Source: Nitrososphaeria archaeon (GTDB lineage: Archaea > Thermoproteota > Nitrososphaeria > Nitrososphaerales > JANXEG01). From it: 64,000 nt of DNA. The translations under genes and the position numbers were made by a program. Shown here piece by piece: positions 27,187 to 37,396 of the stretch. Each line of letters starts with the position of its first letter. Within the stretch, counting starts at the first letter, position 1. The notes beneath the pieces are model-generated. The model ran no database searches and was not told where the DNA came from. It saw only the letters and a list, made by a program, of their open reading frames with translations. The stretch spans positions 76,997-140,996 of the forward strand of contig JARVKA010000003.1 of NCBI GenBank assembly GCA_029775915.1, in the 5' to 3' direction.

Positions 27187-28120
27187 ATGGAAGATTTGAT
27201 AGAGCGAATGGTTGAAGAGGTTAAAGCTGAAGTTGGTGAGGTAAAGCTATAATTGCCTTAAGTGGAGGCATAGACTCAAGCGTGGCTACAATGATTGCTG
27301 CAAAAGCGCTGGGTAATAGGCTTACAGCAGTTTTTGTTAATCATGGTTTTATGAGAGAAAACGATTTGGAGTTTGTTAAGAAGACTTTTCAAGATTTCAA
27401 AATAAACCTCGTAATTGTGGATGCAAAGGAAGAATTTTAAAAAAGCTTAAAGGTGTAGTTGACCCTGAAGCGAAAAAGGAAGATTATTGGTGAAGAGTTT
27501 ATCAGAGTCTTTGAAAAACAAGCTGAAAAGGCTCAAGCAGAATATTTAATCCAAGGAACAATTCACCCTGATAGAATAGAGTCGGGGTTTAGAAGGTTTT
27601 CAGATAAGATTAAAACTCATCATAATGTAGCAGGGCTCCCAATACAATTCAAGTTTAAGAAGATTATTGAGCCTTTGCAAGATTTGTATAAGGATGAGGT
27701 TAGAAAAGTTGCAGCCTTGCTTGGACTTCCTAAAGAAATCGTCTTTAGACAGCTTTTTCCAGGTCTAGCCATAAGAATTGTTGGAGAAATAACTGCGGAG
27801 AAGGTTGAGATTGTAAATAAAGCGGACGAAATTGTAAGGGAGGAGATTGAAAAACTGGATTAAAAGATAAGTTGTGGCAATATTTTGCCGTTTTAACGAA
27901 TACAAAAACGACTGGCATTAAAGGCGATGCTAGAGCTTATGGTTACGTTGTTGCTATAAGGGCTGTGGAAAGCCGTGAAGCCATGACAGCAAGCTTCGCA
28001 AAAATCCCCTATAAATTGCTTGAAAGAATTTCCACAAGAATAACCAATGAAATACCACAAGTTGTGAGAGTAGTCTACGACATAACTCACAAACCACCCG
28101 CAACTATAGAATGGGAATAA
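27187..28120 (+). pseudogene. guaA: GMP synthase ATP-pyrophosphatase subunit, multiply frameshifted
   Basis: Pieces lie in different frames: [18 protein letters not shown] / [38 protein letters not shown]...DAKEEF / LKGVVDPEA / [14 protein letters not shown]...[11 protein letters not shown]...[12 protein letters not shown] / LWQYFAVL...ATIEWE. Indels sit at ~27240, ~27435-27438, ~27473-27477 and ~27850-27854. Confidence 0.8.
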
Positions 28121-28237
28121 AATTAAGCTCGGAGTTATTATCTTCACAATATCTGCATTAAAATAATGTTAAATATCATGCATAAGTATAAAACTAATGA
28201 TAGTATGTTGAAATAAAAGCAAGAGAGGTTTATTAGA

Positions 28238-28984
28238 ATGAAGTTGAAAGGGAGAGTGGCTATTGTAACAGGTGCTGGTCGAGGAATAGGGAGGGCTATC
28301 GCAATCACTCTGGCAAGAGAAGGTGCAAATATCGTGGTTAATGATATTGATCTTCAAGCAGCTGAAGAAACGGTTAAGATAATTAAAGCTATGGGTTATG
28401 AAGCATTAGCTATAAAGGCAGATGTTTCTAACAAAAATGAAGTTGATAGTATGATTAAGAAAACTTTGGAAGCCTTTGGAAGAATAGATATATTAGTAAA
28501 CAATGCAGGAATCTTTTCATCCACATTGATAGAGAATATAACGGAGCAACAATGGAATCGAATAATGGATGTAAACTTGAAGGGAGTTTTACTCTGCTCA
28601 CAAGCAGTAATCAAAACTATGAAGAATCAGCGATTTGGAAAAATTGTAAATATCACCTCACTCGCTGGAAAGGTAGGCGGTATTTTCTCAGGGGCTGATT
28701 ATGCAGCATCTAAGGCTGGTGTTATTTGCCTTACTAAGTCACTTGCTAAGCAATTAGCACCTTATGGGATAAATGTTAATGCTATCGCTCCTGGCGTTAT
28801 CGAAACAGATATGACAAAGTATTGGCCAAAAGAAGTAAAGGAATCATTCTTGAAGCAGATTCCTTTAGGTAGATTCGGTAAGCCTGAGGAAGTGGCGGAA
28901 GTAGTATTGTTCTTAGTTTCAGATGCATCGAATTACATAACTGGCGAAATTATAGATGTAAATGGTGGATATTTAATGGATTAA
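28238..28984 (+). CDS. Short-chain dehydrogenase/reductase (FabG-like 3-oxoacyl reductase)
   Basis: VTGAGRGIGRAIA, NNAGI, and Y-x3-K in YAASKAGV. Confidence 0.85.
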   Translation: MKLKGRVAIVTGAGRGIGRAIAITLAREGANIVVNDIDLQAAEETVKIIKAMGYEALAIKADVSNKNEVDSMIKKTLEAFGRIDILVNNAGIFSSTLIENITEQQWNRIMDVNLKGVLLCSQAVIKTMKNQRFGKIVNITSLAGKVGGIFSGADYAASKAGVICLTKSLAKQLAPYGINVNAIAPGVIETDMTKYWPKEVKESFLKQIPLGRFGKPEEVAEVVLFLVSDASNYITGEIIDVNGGYLMD

Positions 28985-29098
28985 ATTTGATAATTGGATT
29001 AGTAATAATATTCAAAACCATAATAACATTGCATATATACATACAAGATATGTGATGTATAGATTATGAAGGCTAAATATTTTGATCTTCATCAAAGA

Positions 29099-30322
29099 TC
29101 ACAATTTTGTAAGAATTTGTTTAAGCTCATTCACTGAGTTTGCTTCATAAGGCTTGTTAATCCTTGATAATGCGCTTTTAACATCCTTAAGGCCTGATCC
29201 CGTAACCACACATACAACTGTTTCATCCTTTTCAATACGACCATCCTCAATTAATTTAATGAGTCCAGCTATCGATGCGGCTCCAGCCGGTTCTGCGAAT
29301 ATCCCTGTATACTTAGCAAGTAAAATTTGCGCTTTTAACATTTCATCATCTGAAACAGATTCAGCAAAGCCTTTAGACTCATTTAATATTTTGAGAACTC
29401 TAAGCCCACTTGGAGGATCGGGATTTGATATGGAATGAGCGATAGTTTGAGGCTTATCAAATGGTTGAACCTTATTATCACCCTTTTTAAAAGATTCCAC
29501 TATTGGTGAGCAACCCTCAGCTTGAATAGCGATTAATTGAGGAAGCTTATTTATTAAACCCAATTCGTAAAACTCTTTAAAACCCTTCCAATAAGCACTA
29601 ATATTTCCTCCACTACTCGTTGGGATTAAAATCTTATCTGGTACATTCCAATTGAGTTGCTCACAAATTTCGAAAGATGCTGTTTTCTGACCTTCAATTC
29701 TCATAGGAGAGTCTGATTGAACAACATACAATCCATAATTAACACTTAGATTAATTACCAATTTGTAAAGTTGTGGATAAGGCAAATTTACAGAAATTAC
29801 AAAGGGTGAGTAAATCGATGTATGGATAAGTTTTTCTAAAGGTGTATTTGGAGGTATAAGAATTACACAACCAATACCAGCCTTAGCTGCATATGCAGCT
29901 AAAGATGTAGCCATATTTCCTGTGGATGCACAAGCAACAAATTTTGCACCTATATCGAGCGCTTTGGAGATACCAACACTACTCCCTCTATCCTTAAATG
30001 AGTAAGTTGGATTTCTCGTTTCATCTTTAATAAATAAGTTATTCATCCTTAATTTTTCATTCAATCTTTCATTTTTAATAAAAGGGGTCCAACCTTCATC
30101 CATAGATACGATTTTATTCATTGGAGGTAATAATTCACGATAACGCCAAATATTGTATTGATGATTTTTGATTAACTCGCTTTTATTTAATAATGAGCTT
30201 ATTTGTTTATAATCGTATTGAACTTCAAGGGGATAATCACAAACTTCACATCGATAAACCCATTCATTAATATTATAAACTCTACCACATAAAAAACATC
30301 TCATTATGGTATCGATGCTCAA
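29099..30322 (-). CDS. thrC: Threonine synthase with an N-terminal zinc ribbon
   Basis: MRCFLCGRVY...YRCEVCDYPLEVQYDY. The PLP lysine lies in NPTYSFKDRG. Confidence 0.85.
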   Translation of the reverse strand: MSIDTIMRCFLCGRVYNINEWVYRCEVCDYPLEVQYDYKQISSLLNKSELIKNHQYNIWRYRELLPPMNKIVSMDEGWTPFIKNERLNEKLRMNNLFIKDETRNPTYSFKDRGSSVGISKALDIGAKFVACASTGNMATSLAAYAAKAGIGCVILIPPNTPLEKLIHTSIYSPFVISVNLPYPQLYKLVINLSVNYGLYVVQSDSPMRIEGQKTASFEICEQLNWNVPDKILIPTSSGGNISAYWKGFKEFYELGLINKLPQLIAIQAEGCSPIVESFKKGDNKVQPFDKPQTIAHSISNPDPPSGLRVLKILNESKGFAESVSDDEMLKAQILLAKYTGIFAEPAGAASIAGLIKLIEDGRIEKDETVVCVVTGSGLKDVKSALSRINKPYEANSVNELKQILTKL

Positions 30323-30362
30323 ATCACAATATAAAGGCTTTAATAAATTAAAAATTTATCGT

Positions 30363-31322
30363 TTAAACTCTTTGAAGAGCTTTAATCCGTTTAATAATAT
30401 TAGGATGTGTAGAGAAGAGCTCCATAATTCTATCTGCAAGTGTAACCTTTCTTGAAAGAATCTCTTTAACTAACTCAGAATCACTTCTTACAAATCTACT
30501 CTTCGCTAGTAATACTTCATCTTGATCCGCTTTATCTGGATCACTTATGAATAAAGTTTTGAATGAGCTAAAGCCTCCAGTATTGCCATGAGTTAATTTA
30601 TACCTACCACTATACATTGTAATCTTCGCTAAAGCTTCTGAAAGTTTTCTAGCACCATCATCTACATTTCTTACTGCATGTTGATCAGCGTAATACTCTC
30701 TTAATCTGCTTAAACCCAATACGAATAAGCTTAAAATCCAATAAAGAGCCATAGCAGCTATACCTACTAATGCCGCACCACCACTCTCCCTCTCTCTTCT
30801 ACCATACATTGCAGAGAGCATAAGTGAATAACCGATATAATAAATTATAGCTGGCAATACTGATACAAACATCATTACTTGCACATCTCTATGTTTTAAA
30901 TGTCCAATTTCATGACCCAATACTGCCTCAACTTCTTCATCTTCTAGAGTTTTAAGAAGTTCTGTGGTAACAGCAACTCTTCTTCCAGCTATTGGTGAGC
31001 CATAAGCAAAAGCATTCGGTATGGGTATATGCGCAATCATAATTTTAGGCATTGGGAAGTTTGTTCTTTGGCAAATGCGCCTCACCATACTATAAATCTT
31101 TGGATTATCCACCTCTTTAATCTCTTTAACATTATACATTGCATCTATTAAGTATGGTGCGATAAGCCATTGTATCAAATTAAAGATAATAACAAAAAAG
31201 ATTAAAGAATAAAGGCTTAAGGCATTCGCTAAACTGAGAATAATGGCAAAGAATAGAGTTGATACTCCAATGATAAAAGCTAAAGTTCCGATCATTGATA
31301 AATGAAGTTTTAAAATGCTCAT
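30363..31322 (-). CDS. htpX: M48-family zinc metalloprotease HtpX
   Basis: Multiple TM segments, HEIGHLKHRD (HExxH), and a C-terminal STHPNIIKRI. Confidence 0.88.
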   Translation of the reverse strand: MSILKLHLSMIGTLAFIIGVSTLFFAIILSLANALSLYSLIFFVIIFNLIQWLIAPYLIDAMYNVKEIKEVDNPKIYSMVRRICQRTNFPMPKIMIAHIPIPNAFAYGSPIAGRRVAVTTELLKTLEDEEVEAVLGHEIGHLKHRDVQVMMFVSVLPAIIYYIGYSLMLSAMYGRRERESGGAALVGIAAMALYWILSLFVLGLSRLREYYADQHAVRNVDDGARKLSEALAKITMYSGRYKLTHGNTGGFSSFKTLFISDPDKADQDEVLLAKSRFVRSDSELVKEILSRKVTLADRIMELFSTHPNIIKRIKALQRV

Positions 31323-31618
31323 ATCAAAAAAGTAATTGAGTGGAGTTGGATTTAAATTTTAATTTCATTTAATTTATACAATTTATTATTAACTCTCTTA
31401 AAGTTTTACTATTCAATATGCCATTAAGCTAAATTCAATAATAATTGGAATCTTATTTTAAAAATTTTAAAATCTAAAGAGTTTCAATTATCATTAATTC
31501 TTAAATCAAAACTTTTAACGGTTAAATTGTGAACATATAAGTATTAATCCAAAACTAAAGGTTTTAATTTGAAGATGTTATTAAAATTTTAGTTTAATGG
31601 TTAAAAAAATAAAAAAGT

Positions 31619-32035
<417 letters not shown>

Positions 32036-32126
32036 CTATAATATGGAATCTTTTTGGATTATGATAAGCCTTGTTGGGTTATTGATTTTTAGTAAACTAT
32101 AATACATTGGTGATAACAGTTTAAGT

Positions 32127-33092
32127 TTGGAGATTGATGTGAAATTACCAGATGTTCATTTAAGAATGCCTGAAATTACAATTCCTTTGAATAAAGTTGG
32201 TGTCGCTTCAGTAAAGATGCCTATTGGTTACTTATGGTTTGAGAATATACAAGTGATGATGCTCCCTATATTCGAGGCTTATATAGATTTACCTATAAAT
32301 TTGAAAGGGATAAATGCTTCAAGAAATTATGAGGTTATTATTGAGGTTTTAAAAAAGGAGACGAAAGGTACAAATAAATTGGAAGAAGTTTGTGCATCGA
32401 TTGCAAAAGAGTTATTAAAAAAGCATAATTATGCTACTCGCTCTGAAGCACGTGCTTATGGTGAACTTTTATTCAAAAGAATGACCCCAAAAACTCATAT
32501 TCACAGTTATGAATCATGTGATATTATGGCATCTGCAGTAGCTATAAGAATGGATAATGGCTCCATAAGTGTGAAAAAGTCTATAGGCGTGGGTGTTGTT
32601 GGGCTAACTACATGCCCTTGTGCTCAAGAAGTATTGAAAGAAATCTCTAAGTATGAATTAAAAAAAGGAAAATTAAATTTTGATAAAGATTTGATTAATG
32701 AATTATTTCAAAACATACCTTTAGCTACACATATGCAACGTGCTTATGGATCTATTCATGTAGAGATTCCAGAAGGTTTTAATATCGATGCTCAAGATTT
32801 GGTAAAGATTATTGAAGATTCGATGAGCTCGCCCACTTATGGTTTATTAAAAAGGGTTGATGAGGCTGAAGTTATTAAAACCGCTTTAAACAAGCCGAGA
32901 TTTGCTGAAGATGTTGTGAGGTATATGATTGCGAATTTTGTAAATAAATTTCCAAATCTTCCTGATGATACACAAGTAACCTTTTATCTCAAAAGTTTAG
33001 AAAGTATTCATAAGCATGATTTTGTGGCTGAGGTTGTTGATAATTTAGGCAGATTGAGAAAAGTTTTGAATATGAAAGGAAATGAGGTATGA
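32127..33092 (+). CDS. mptA: GTP cyclohydrolase MptA (FolE2/GCH-IB family)
   Basis: LNKVGVASVKMPI..., GLTTCPCAQE, ATHMQRAYGSIHVE. TTG start. Confidence 0.8.
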   Translation: MEIDVKLPDVHLRMPEITIPLNKVGVASVKMPIGYLWFENIQVMMLPIFEAYIDLPINLKGINASRNYEVIIEVLKKETKGTNKLEEVCASIAKELLKKHNYATRSEARAYGELLFKRMTPKTHIHSYESCDIMASAVAIRMDNGSISVKKSIGVGVVGLTTCPCAQEVLKEISKYELKKGKLNFDKDLINELFQNIPLATHMQRAYGSIHVEIPEGFNIDAQDLVKIIEDSMSSPTYGLLKRVDEAEVIKTALNKPRFAEDVVRYMIANFVNKFPNLPDDTQVTFYLKSLESIHKHDFVAEVVDNLGRLRKVLNMKGNEV

Positions 33093-33490
33093 AAGAAGTA
33101 GAGATTATCGCACGTAAATACTTTGATCAAAGCTTAACTGATCGTGAAAGAGCGATTTTTGAAGGGGGTATTGCTTTAGGCGCACTTTACCATCAATTCA
33201 TAGGCATACCTATTTGTAAGGATCGTAAATTAATCTCAAATTTAGAGAGAGCGATTGAAGAAGTTATGAAGCTTCAACCTTATCGAGAGAGTGTAAATGT
33301 AAAAATTAATATTGAAAAGATTAAAGGTGAGAAGAAACATCCATACGATTATGAATTGTTGAAAGGTAAGCACCTGGATGCAAAAATAATTATAAAGTAT
33401 GGAAAAGCTAAAGCTACCGTGGCTATGAAATATATTGATGAATTGGATTATACACTCATGTATGTAGAAAGAGTGGAAGAAAGTGTTTGA
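33089..33490 (+). CDS. mptD: Archaeal dihydroneopterin aldolase MptD-like
   Basis: LTDRERAIFEGGIALGALYHQFIGIP. It overlaps mptA by 4 nt. Confidence 0.6.
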   Translation: MKEVEIIARKYFDQSLTDRERAIFEGGIALGALYHQFIGIPICKDRKLISNLERAIEEVMKLQPYRESVNVKINIEKIKGEKKHPYDYELLKGKHLDAKIIIKYGKAKATVAMKYIDELDYTLMYVERVEESV

Positions 33491-33850
33491 TTAATAATTA
33501 AACTTAACTCCTTCAAACCTTCCATTCTAAGGCATTTATTAGAATGATAAGCTTGAAACTTCTGCATATAAGTGTAATCACTTTCTTTAAGACAAATTGC
33601 TGATTTCACAAAATTTCATTTTTTAAAACCTAAGCATAATTGAGGTTTCTATTTGCCTTTTAAGAATATCCCAATCTTCTCAAAGGAGTTTATCTTTTCC
33701 TCACGTGAATCAATTTAAACCGCTCATAAAAATGAATAACTAAGTTGCATTAAGACCTACCAAGATCAAGGAATTTTTGCTAGCTTTTCAAATACTCTAT
33801 TACACCCAAACTTGCGCTTTTCCCTACCCACATCGGTATACTCTCAAGCA

Positions 33851-34282
33851 CTATGGTTCTATTCTTTTTATCTCCTTTATAATGTCAAAGTCTTTATCAT
33901 AACTTACAATGCTTGTTATTTTATTTTCTATGAGTGTTGCAGCGTGAATAGCGTCTCTTGGCTTAACTTTATATTTCTCCAAAATCTCTTGCGCCCTTAA
34001 AATTATGCTCTTTTTAACTGCTAAAAACTTTAAATTCGGAAAGGTTAGAAAAAGCTTGCCCTGCTCTATGGACGGTTCTAAACCAAAAGTTTTTTTCACA
34101 ACCCAAACAATCTCATCCCATGTAATGATGGAAGTATAAGCTTCAACATCTCCAAAAGCGATTCTTAAAAGAAGGTCTTTAGACCTTTTCGCTTCTTCAA
34201 CCGCTCCAACCTCATAAATAATTGGGTACAAAAAAACGTTCGAGTCAATATAAAGCAAATCTTTCCTCAACCTCTTGCTCAA
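33851..34282 (-). CDS. vapC: PIN-domain toxin VapC
   Basis: LLYIDSNVFLYP..., ...PRDAIHAAT..., ...SYDKDFD give the PIN acidic residues. It lies downstream of and overlaps the AbrB-type gene. Confidence 0.8.
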   Translation of the reverse strand: MSKRLRKDLLYIDSNVFLYPIIYEVGAVEEAKRSKDLLLRIAFGDVEAYTSIITWDEIVWVVKKTFGLEPSIEQGKLFLTFPNLKFLAVKKSIILRAQEILEKYKVKPRDAIHAATLIENKITSIVSYDKDFDIIKEIKRIEP

Positions 34283-34556
34283 TCAATTTTTCAAGATCTA
34301 TCTTATTGGTTAATTTCCGCTTAATTACTGAACAAAAACCATCAATAAACTCTTCAGGGCGTACTCCAGGTGTTATAACCAATTCTTTCGCCCTAATCTC
34401 CATAATTACTTCATCGCCCGGTTTGATACCAATATACTCTCTCACGATCTCTGGAATTACAATCTGACCTTTCTCGCCAACTCTCCTTCGAATTTTCATT
34501 CTAACCACAAAGTATGATTTTGTGTTACTCATATTTAAAACTTCTTCATACTTCAA
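34245..34556 (-). CDS. vapB: AbrB/SpoVT-type antitoxin VapB
   Basis: MKIRRRVGEKGQIVIPEIVREYIGIKPGDEVIMEI. The likely true start is that internal Met at about 34499. Confidence 0.75.
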   Translation of the reverse strand: MKYEEVLNMSNTKSYFVVRMKIRRRVGEKGQIVIPEIVREYIGIKPGDEVIMEIRAKELVITPGVRPEEFIDGFCSVIKRKLTNKIDLEKLIEQEVEERFALY

Positions 34557-34885
34557 AATAAAAATACTGTGAAATTAACAGTTTTATAAAAAATAAACTT
34601 CAAGAAAAGAATAACCAAAAAATGGTGTGTTTTAGCGGATTGGTATGCTAACAGTAACCCATAAAAGCTAGGGTTCTTACACAAGATCTATTTTTAACTA
34701 TATTATCGCTTTATATTGTGAGAACAAACTCCTTATACTACGGATCACAGCCTTGGTACGTGGATACATTAAAGAAGCTAAATTTGAAAAGATTAAAGCT
34801 ACAAATGAAATTATGAATCATTTGAAACTATAATTTTCAATACGAGCTATAAACTTACATACTTTGCTTACAAATATAAGAATGG

Positions 34886-36322
34886 ATGGATTGTAAAACG
34901 ATCGTAACACTTTATGGAGCTGTTGGGAGAATAGGCGGGAATATCGTGCTCATTGAATATAAGGATCAACCAATTATAATCGATTTTGGGAAAGATTTCA
35001 AACAGTATCGCAAATACTTTAATTTTCCTTACCCTTTACCTACAAGATCTATCACAAGAGAGTTAATAAAAACTGAGATAATACCACAAATTAGAGATTC
35101 AAAAGGTAAAGTCTTACCATTATACACGAAATTTGAAAATGGTAAATTGATTGAGGAAGAAGGAGAATCACCAATAAAAAATGTTTTTATTTCTCATGCA
35201 CATATGGATCACTCAGGCTTTATCACACTTTTACGTAAGCAAATAAAGATTCACATGGGAGGCATGGCCAATCTCATTTACTCTACTATAATGATGACTA
35301 AAAGAGAAGTAACTTTAGAGAGTAAGCTCTTTTGGGATGAAAATGATAAAAAGGAGCGAATTATAAGGCTGAATATTGAGCCTTTTCATAAAGGCTCAAA
35401 AATTAATATTGATAGCATAGAAGTTAAACCATACCCTGTTGATCATAGCATACCCGGAGCTTATGGATTCATTATACAAACACCAGAGAAAAGAATCGCT
35501 TATACAGGTGATTTTAGAATGCATGGACCAGCTCATATATTAACAAGAGATTTTCAAGATGCACTTTCAAAAGAGCCTTTAGATCTTCTCATTTGTGAAG
35601 GTACGAATATGGGTATTGGTAGAGTAGAATCTGAGGAGCGAGTTGAAAAAGATGCATATAAACTCATTGAATCATCATTTAAAAGTGGTAATAAATTGGT
35701 AATCGTTGAAGTTAGATCCTCAGATATCGATCGTATAAATACATTTGCTCAATTGGCTGAAAAACTCGATGCTCAAATAGTAGTAACACCTAGAGTAGGG
35801 TATCTTTTGAATCAAATTCAAAAATCAGGTTTGGATAAAAGACTTCAACGTGAGATTCCATCTTTATATAAAGGTGTAAAAGTTTTAATGAGAAGTAAGG
35901 CTCGATTGGAATGGTGGGAAAAAGATTTATTAGATGATCAAAGAATTGAAACTTTTGATCAAAATGAAATTAGTAATCCATTAATAAAAACGATTATTTT
36001 AGATTCTGGCAGATTTAATGTATTTGAAAAACCCCCACCACCAAAAACACTTTACATACAAAGCATTTCAGAGCATATTGATGAAGAAGAAGAATTTGAA
36101 GAGGAGCGATTTATAAATGCGATGGCACTTTATGGTATTATCGTTTATCGCATTCATAGCTCTGGCCATGTAGAACCTATAGATTTGATTAACTTCATAA
36201 ATAATGTAAAGCCTAAAAGATTAATCCCAATTCATACCGAGCATCCAGAAGTTTTTTCAGAGATTTTTAAAGATAAAATGGAAGTTTTGCTAATTGAGAA
36301 AGGTTATCATGTAGTGTTATAA
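34886..36322 (+). CDS. MBL-fold metallo-hydrolase, beta-CASP / archaeal RNase J-like
   Basis: FISHAHMDHSG (HxHxDH), YPVDHSIPGA, YTGDFRMHG, IHSSGH, IPIHTEHP. Confidence 0.65.
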   Translation: MDCKTIVTLYGAVGRIGGNIVLIEYKDQPIIIDFGKDFKQYRKYFNFPYPLPTRSITRELIKTEIIPQIRDSKGKVLPLYTKFENGKLIEEEGESPIKNVFISHAHMDHSGFITLLRKQIKIHMGGMANLIYSTIMMTKREVTLESKLFWDENDKKERIIRLNIEPFHKGSKINIDSIEVKPYPVDHSIPGAYGFIIQTPEKRIAYTGDFRMHGPAHILTRDFQDALSKEPLDLLICEGTNMGIGRVESEERVEKDAYKLIESSFKSGNKLVIVEVRSSDIDRINTFAQLAEKLDAQIVVTPRVGYLLNQIQKSGLDKRLQREIPSLYKGVKVLMRSKARLEWWEKDLLDDQRIETFDQNEISNPLIKTIILDSGRFNVFEKPPPPKTLYIQSISEHIDEEEEFEEERFINAMALYGIIVYRIHSSGHVEPIDLINFINNVKPKRLIPIHTEHPEVFSEIFKDKMEVLLIEKGYHVVL

Positions 36323-36826
36323 ATGAGAGTTTGTAAAATCCCTCATATTGAAGGATGTGGTATTTACACATTAATTATAGAAGTTTGTAAGGAATTGGAG
36401 ATAAAAATAGGAAGCTTAGGTTATAAAAAATACCCTAAAGGCTTATACACTTACACAGGCTCAGCATTAGGCCCTAATAAAGCATCATTATTCAATAGAA
36501 TATCTAGGCATCTTCATGTTAAAAAGAGGTGTTTTTGGCATATCGATTATTTACTCAATAATAATAAATATGTTAAAGTTAAAGGAATTGTTTATTCAAA
36601 AACGAATAAGCCTTATGAATGTTTAATTAATCAAAAATTAATGAGAAAATCTTTAAAGCTCTCACAATTGAAAGGATTTGGTGCAAGTGATTGTAAACAA
36701 AATTGTAAAACCCATTTACTATACTTTGCGAATGAAAAACTTAATTATTTAATAAATTTTATTCGTAATAGTTATGAGTCGATCGATCTTAATCCCAATA
36801 TTCTTCTATTACAAAATTATTTTTAA
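36323..36826 (+). CDS. DUF123 / GIY-YIG-superfamily (Uri-like) putative endonuclease
   Basis: GIYTLIIEV..., GLYTYTGSALG...LFNRISRHL...KRCFWHIDYLL. Its ATG directly follows the stop of the MBL gene. Confidence 0.6.
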   Translation: MRVCKIPHIEGCGIYTLIIEVCKELEIKIGSLGYKKYPKGLYTYTGSALGPNKASLFNRISRHLHVKKRCFWHIDYLLNNNKYVKVKGIVYSKTNKPYECLINQKLMRKSLKLSQLKGFGASDCKQNCKTHLLYFANEKLNYLINFIRNSYESIDLNPNILLLQNYF

Positions 36827-37170
36827 GAACTTTCTTCTCTCTTCAAGATTCTCTCCATAATTTGTAAATATTGAAGGAGAAGGGATGTTAATTGTGTTTG
36901 CTTTTCTACATTTGTCTCTACTTTTAATTGATTACTCACCTCTTGGATTTTAATAGTTATAAGATCCTTAAGATTTGCAATTACCTCATTAAATGATGGA
37001 ACTTCAAGCTCTATTGGTGATTCTATAGAGCCGCAATTCACACATAAAGTCCTACCTTTATACCTAACTTGAACACCTCCACATTTAATACAAGGCTCTT
37101 TAAGTAAAGTTCCTCCTTTTCTAATAAGCTCCACAGCTATATCCATTCTTCTTTTTATATCTTCAGACAT
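36823..37170 (-). CDS. UPF0148 / SSSCA1-family zinc-ribbon protein
   Basis: MSEDIKRRMDIAVELIRKGGTLLKEPCIKCGGVQVRYKGRTLCVNCG. The start is taken at this internal Met rather than the track start at 37245. Confidence 0.6.
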   Translation of the reverse strand: MSEDIKRRMDIAVELIRKGGTLLKEPCIKCGGVQVRYKGRTLCVNCGSIESPIELEVPSFNEVIANLKDLITIKIQEVSNQLKVETNVEKQTQLTSLLLQYLQIMERILKREESS

Positions 37171-37396
37171 GCTAGAATAATTTATACAAAAGCTATTATG
37201 TAAACTTAGCTTTGAGGAATAATATATACAGGTGCAAAAACTCAATTATCTTGATTCTAAATTCCTTTTTTGATAAAATGAATTGAAAAACTTATGAATT
37301 TATAAGATTTGAGAGTGAGTATTAATAAGGTATGTGATATAAACTCTTTTACTTTTATATTACCATAACTCTATAATTTTTAGTATCCTTCACGAG

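Noticed and set aside
33491-33850. 360-bp spacer between the convergent mptD and vapC genes, considered as a decayed gene
   Set aside because: Translation of the minus strand shows stops every 10-20 codons, as expected for random AT-rich DNA, and no recognisable peptide.
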